Origin: Entomortierella parvispora E1425
Lineage: Eukaryota > Fungi > Mortierellomycota
Assembly: GCA_020891255.1 (NCBI GenBank)
Contig: BQFW01000007.1
Location: 1,922,001-1,986,000 of the forward strand
Reading direction: 5' to 3'
DNA: 64,000 bases
Shown here: positions 62,841 to 64,000 of the stretch, piece by piece
Position numbering within the stretch: the stretch's first letter is position 1
Layout of the letters: every line of letters begins with the position of its first letter
Position numbers and translations under genes: made by a program
The notes under the pieces: generated by a model
What the model was told of the DNA's origin: nothing
What the model saw: only the letters and a program-made list of their open reading frames with translations
The model's database searches: none

Positions 62841-64000
62841 TCACCACTCACATACGCCGCCTCCGAGGCATCCGCCAGAGCAAACACCAGTCTCGCGGTC
62901 GGTTTGTACATTGGTGGGTGTGAGCGTTCCAGAAGCATCCATGGTGTGTTGGCGCGTTCCCTGGGTCGTTGTTTCTGGGAGAGGAAGAGAGGCAGAGCTT
63001 GCGCCCGAGCTTGAGGCAGGAGCAGACGATGAGGACCATGAGCGAGGACGTCGGCCAATTACGGGCCAGTAAGTTTGACCTCCTTTGCACGTTCGCATGC
63101 CATGGCTCGCTGCCGATCGCCTTGGACTCGTCGGTACCGATCCTGGTGGAGAGCCATCCAAGAAATCATCCTCCTCTGGAACACCCCCTTTACAGCTCTC
63201 TCCATCTTCATTACATCCCCGTGAGGTCGCGATGACCGGCGGGAGATGACCCGTCAAAGGGCCTGGGAAAGCAGAGCTTGATGAAGGTGTCGAAGGGCCT
63301 CCAGCTTCTTCCGCCTCCAGCTGCTCGCTGGCTTTGCGCCAGCAAGAAGAGGAGCAGAAACGAACTCGTCGAGCCACAGCAGGGTGGCCCAAGTATGACT
63401 TGACACGTACAGAGCTGACCCATTCCTTCACATAGGGTCTCCGACAGAATCCGCAAGGCCTCGCTCCAGGCTCCAGGTAGTCAATGACCTGTTCAGGGAT
63501 ATACTCCAGAGGAAGAGGCTGACCTCTGTGAAGAACAGCTCTAGCAGCCAATTCTCGAAGGGTCGGGAAGAATGTCGGGGTTGTCGTAGTGGCCGGCAAA
63601 GAGCCAAGCAAGGGCGACACCGATGTACTTGAGCTAGCTGGTGGTTCCTGAAGACTCAACTGCTCCATGGCCGAGCTGAATGACTGTCCCTGTCCCTGAG
63701 AAGAGACGGGTGATGCTACGAGAGGGGTGGCGATGGCTGTGGGTGACGTCTGAATGGGCTGAGGAAGTAGTAAAGCCGTAGGAGTCGAGAATCCGGCGCC
63801 ATCGAAAATGGTGGGCTCTGCAGCGGCCACACCGGGTGAGATGGCAGCTGTGGTGATGTTCGTTGAAGAGCTGGCCAGCGAAGGAATATAGTCAAAGAAA
63901 GAGTCAATATCCGAGATCACAGCCTCAGCATGGACACGCGGTGTAGATGGCCTAGACTGGTCCATCCACGAACCACTATAATCACTGCTGTAGCCCTCGT
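62841..64000 (-). CDS. 3' part of a gene (frame open to the window edge) with an LRRC58/LRRC28-like C-terminus (BC-box-like helix plus Cys motif)
   Basis: FPTLRELAARAVL...PLEYIPEQVIDYL...PCGFCRRPYVKEWVSSVRVKSYLGHPAVARRVRFCSSSCW. LRRs are not visible here and are only inferred to lie upstream. Confidence 0.55.
   Translation of the reverse strand, partial: EGYSSDYSGSWMDQSRPSTPRVHAEAVISDIDSFFDYIPSLASSSTNITTAAISPGVAAAEPTIFDGAGFSTPTALLLPQPIQTSPTAIATPLVASPVSSQGQGQSFSSAMEQLSLQEPPASSSTSVSPLLGSLPATTTTPTFFPTLRELAARAVLHRGQPLPLEYIPEQVIDYLEPGARPCGFCRRPYVKEWVSSVRVKSYLGHPAVARRVRFCSSSCWRKASEQLEAEEAGGPSTPSSSSAFPGPLTGHLPPVIATSRGCNEDGESCKGGVPEEDDFLDGSPPGSVPTSPRRSAASHGMRTCKGGQTYWPVIGRRPRSWSSSSAPASSSGASSASLPLPETTTQGTRQHTMDASGTLTPTNVQTDRETGVCSGGCLGGGVCEW

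Noticed and set aside
1-64000. U12-type (RTATCCTT) introns, snRNA/rRNA genes, transposons, CRISPR arrays
   Set aside because: None recognised by eye. All traced introns are GT-AG or GC-AG. An Infernal or RepeatModeler run would be needed to exclude small ncRNAs or decayed elements.

Overview
Gene-dense, intron-rich eukaryotic DNA from an early-diverging fungus. A Mortierellaceae-like origin is inferred from SMG1 together with an eisosome BAR protein and DUF3712 proteins, ~90-130 nt introns with long poly-T/A runs, and CT-rich leaders. I can support 18 protein-coding genes (2 truncated by the window edges) and one intron-containing tRNA-Tyr. In order: UPF2 (-, partial), SMG1 (+), Pil1/Lsp1-like BAR, Ran1/Pat1-like kinase, GH18 chitinase with two CBM5/12-type domains, two tandem DUF3712/Tag1-like membrane proteins, an NBD-only Hsp70-like protein, an Mhp1-like LRR protein, an unassigned GT-A-like type II membrane protein, an SLC18-like MFS transporter, tRNA-Tyr(GTA), an 8-Cys secreted peptide, kinesin-8, a 105-aa His/Cys orphan, NADP-IDH, Set9, ATG9 and an LRRC58-like C-terminus. 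No transposon, rRNA or CRISPR array was seen. The most striking observation is at the left end. Two interacting nonsense-mediated-decay (NMD) genes, UPF2 and SMG1, sit head-to-head across ~780 bp containing a (GAA)24 tract. The apparent first coding exon of UPF2 has no in-frame AUG; it has a GUG in strong context plus an out-of-frame AUG whose frame stops after 13 codons. This suggests a co-regulated, possibly self-limiting NMD locus. All exon structures and family calls were made by eye from recalled motifs, not database searches.
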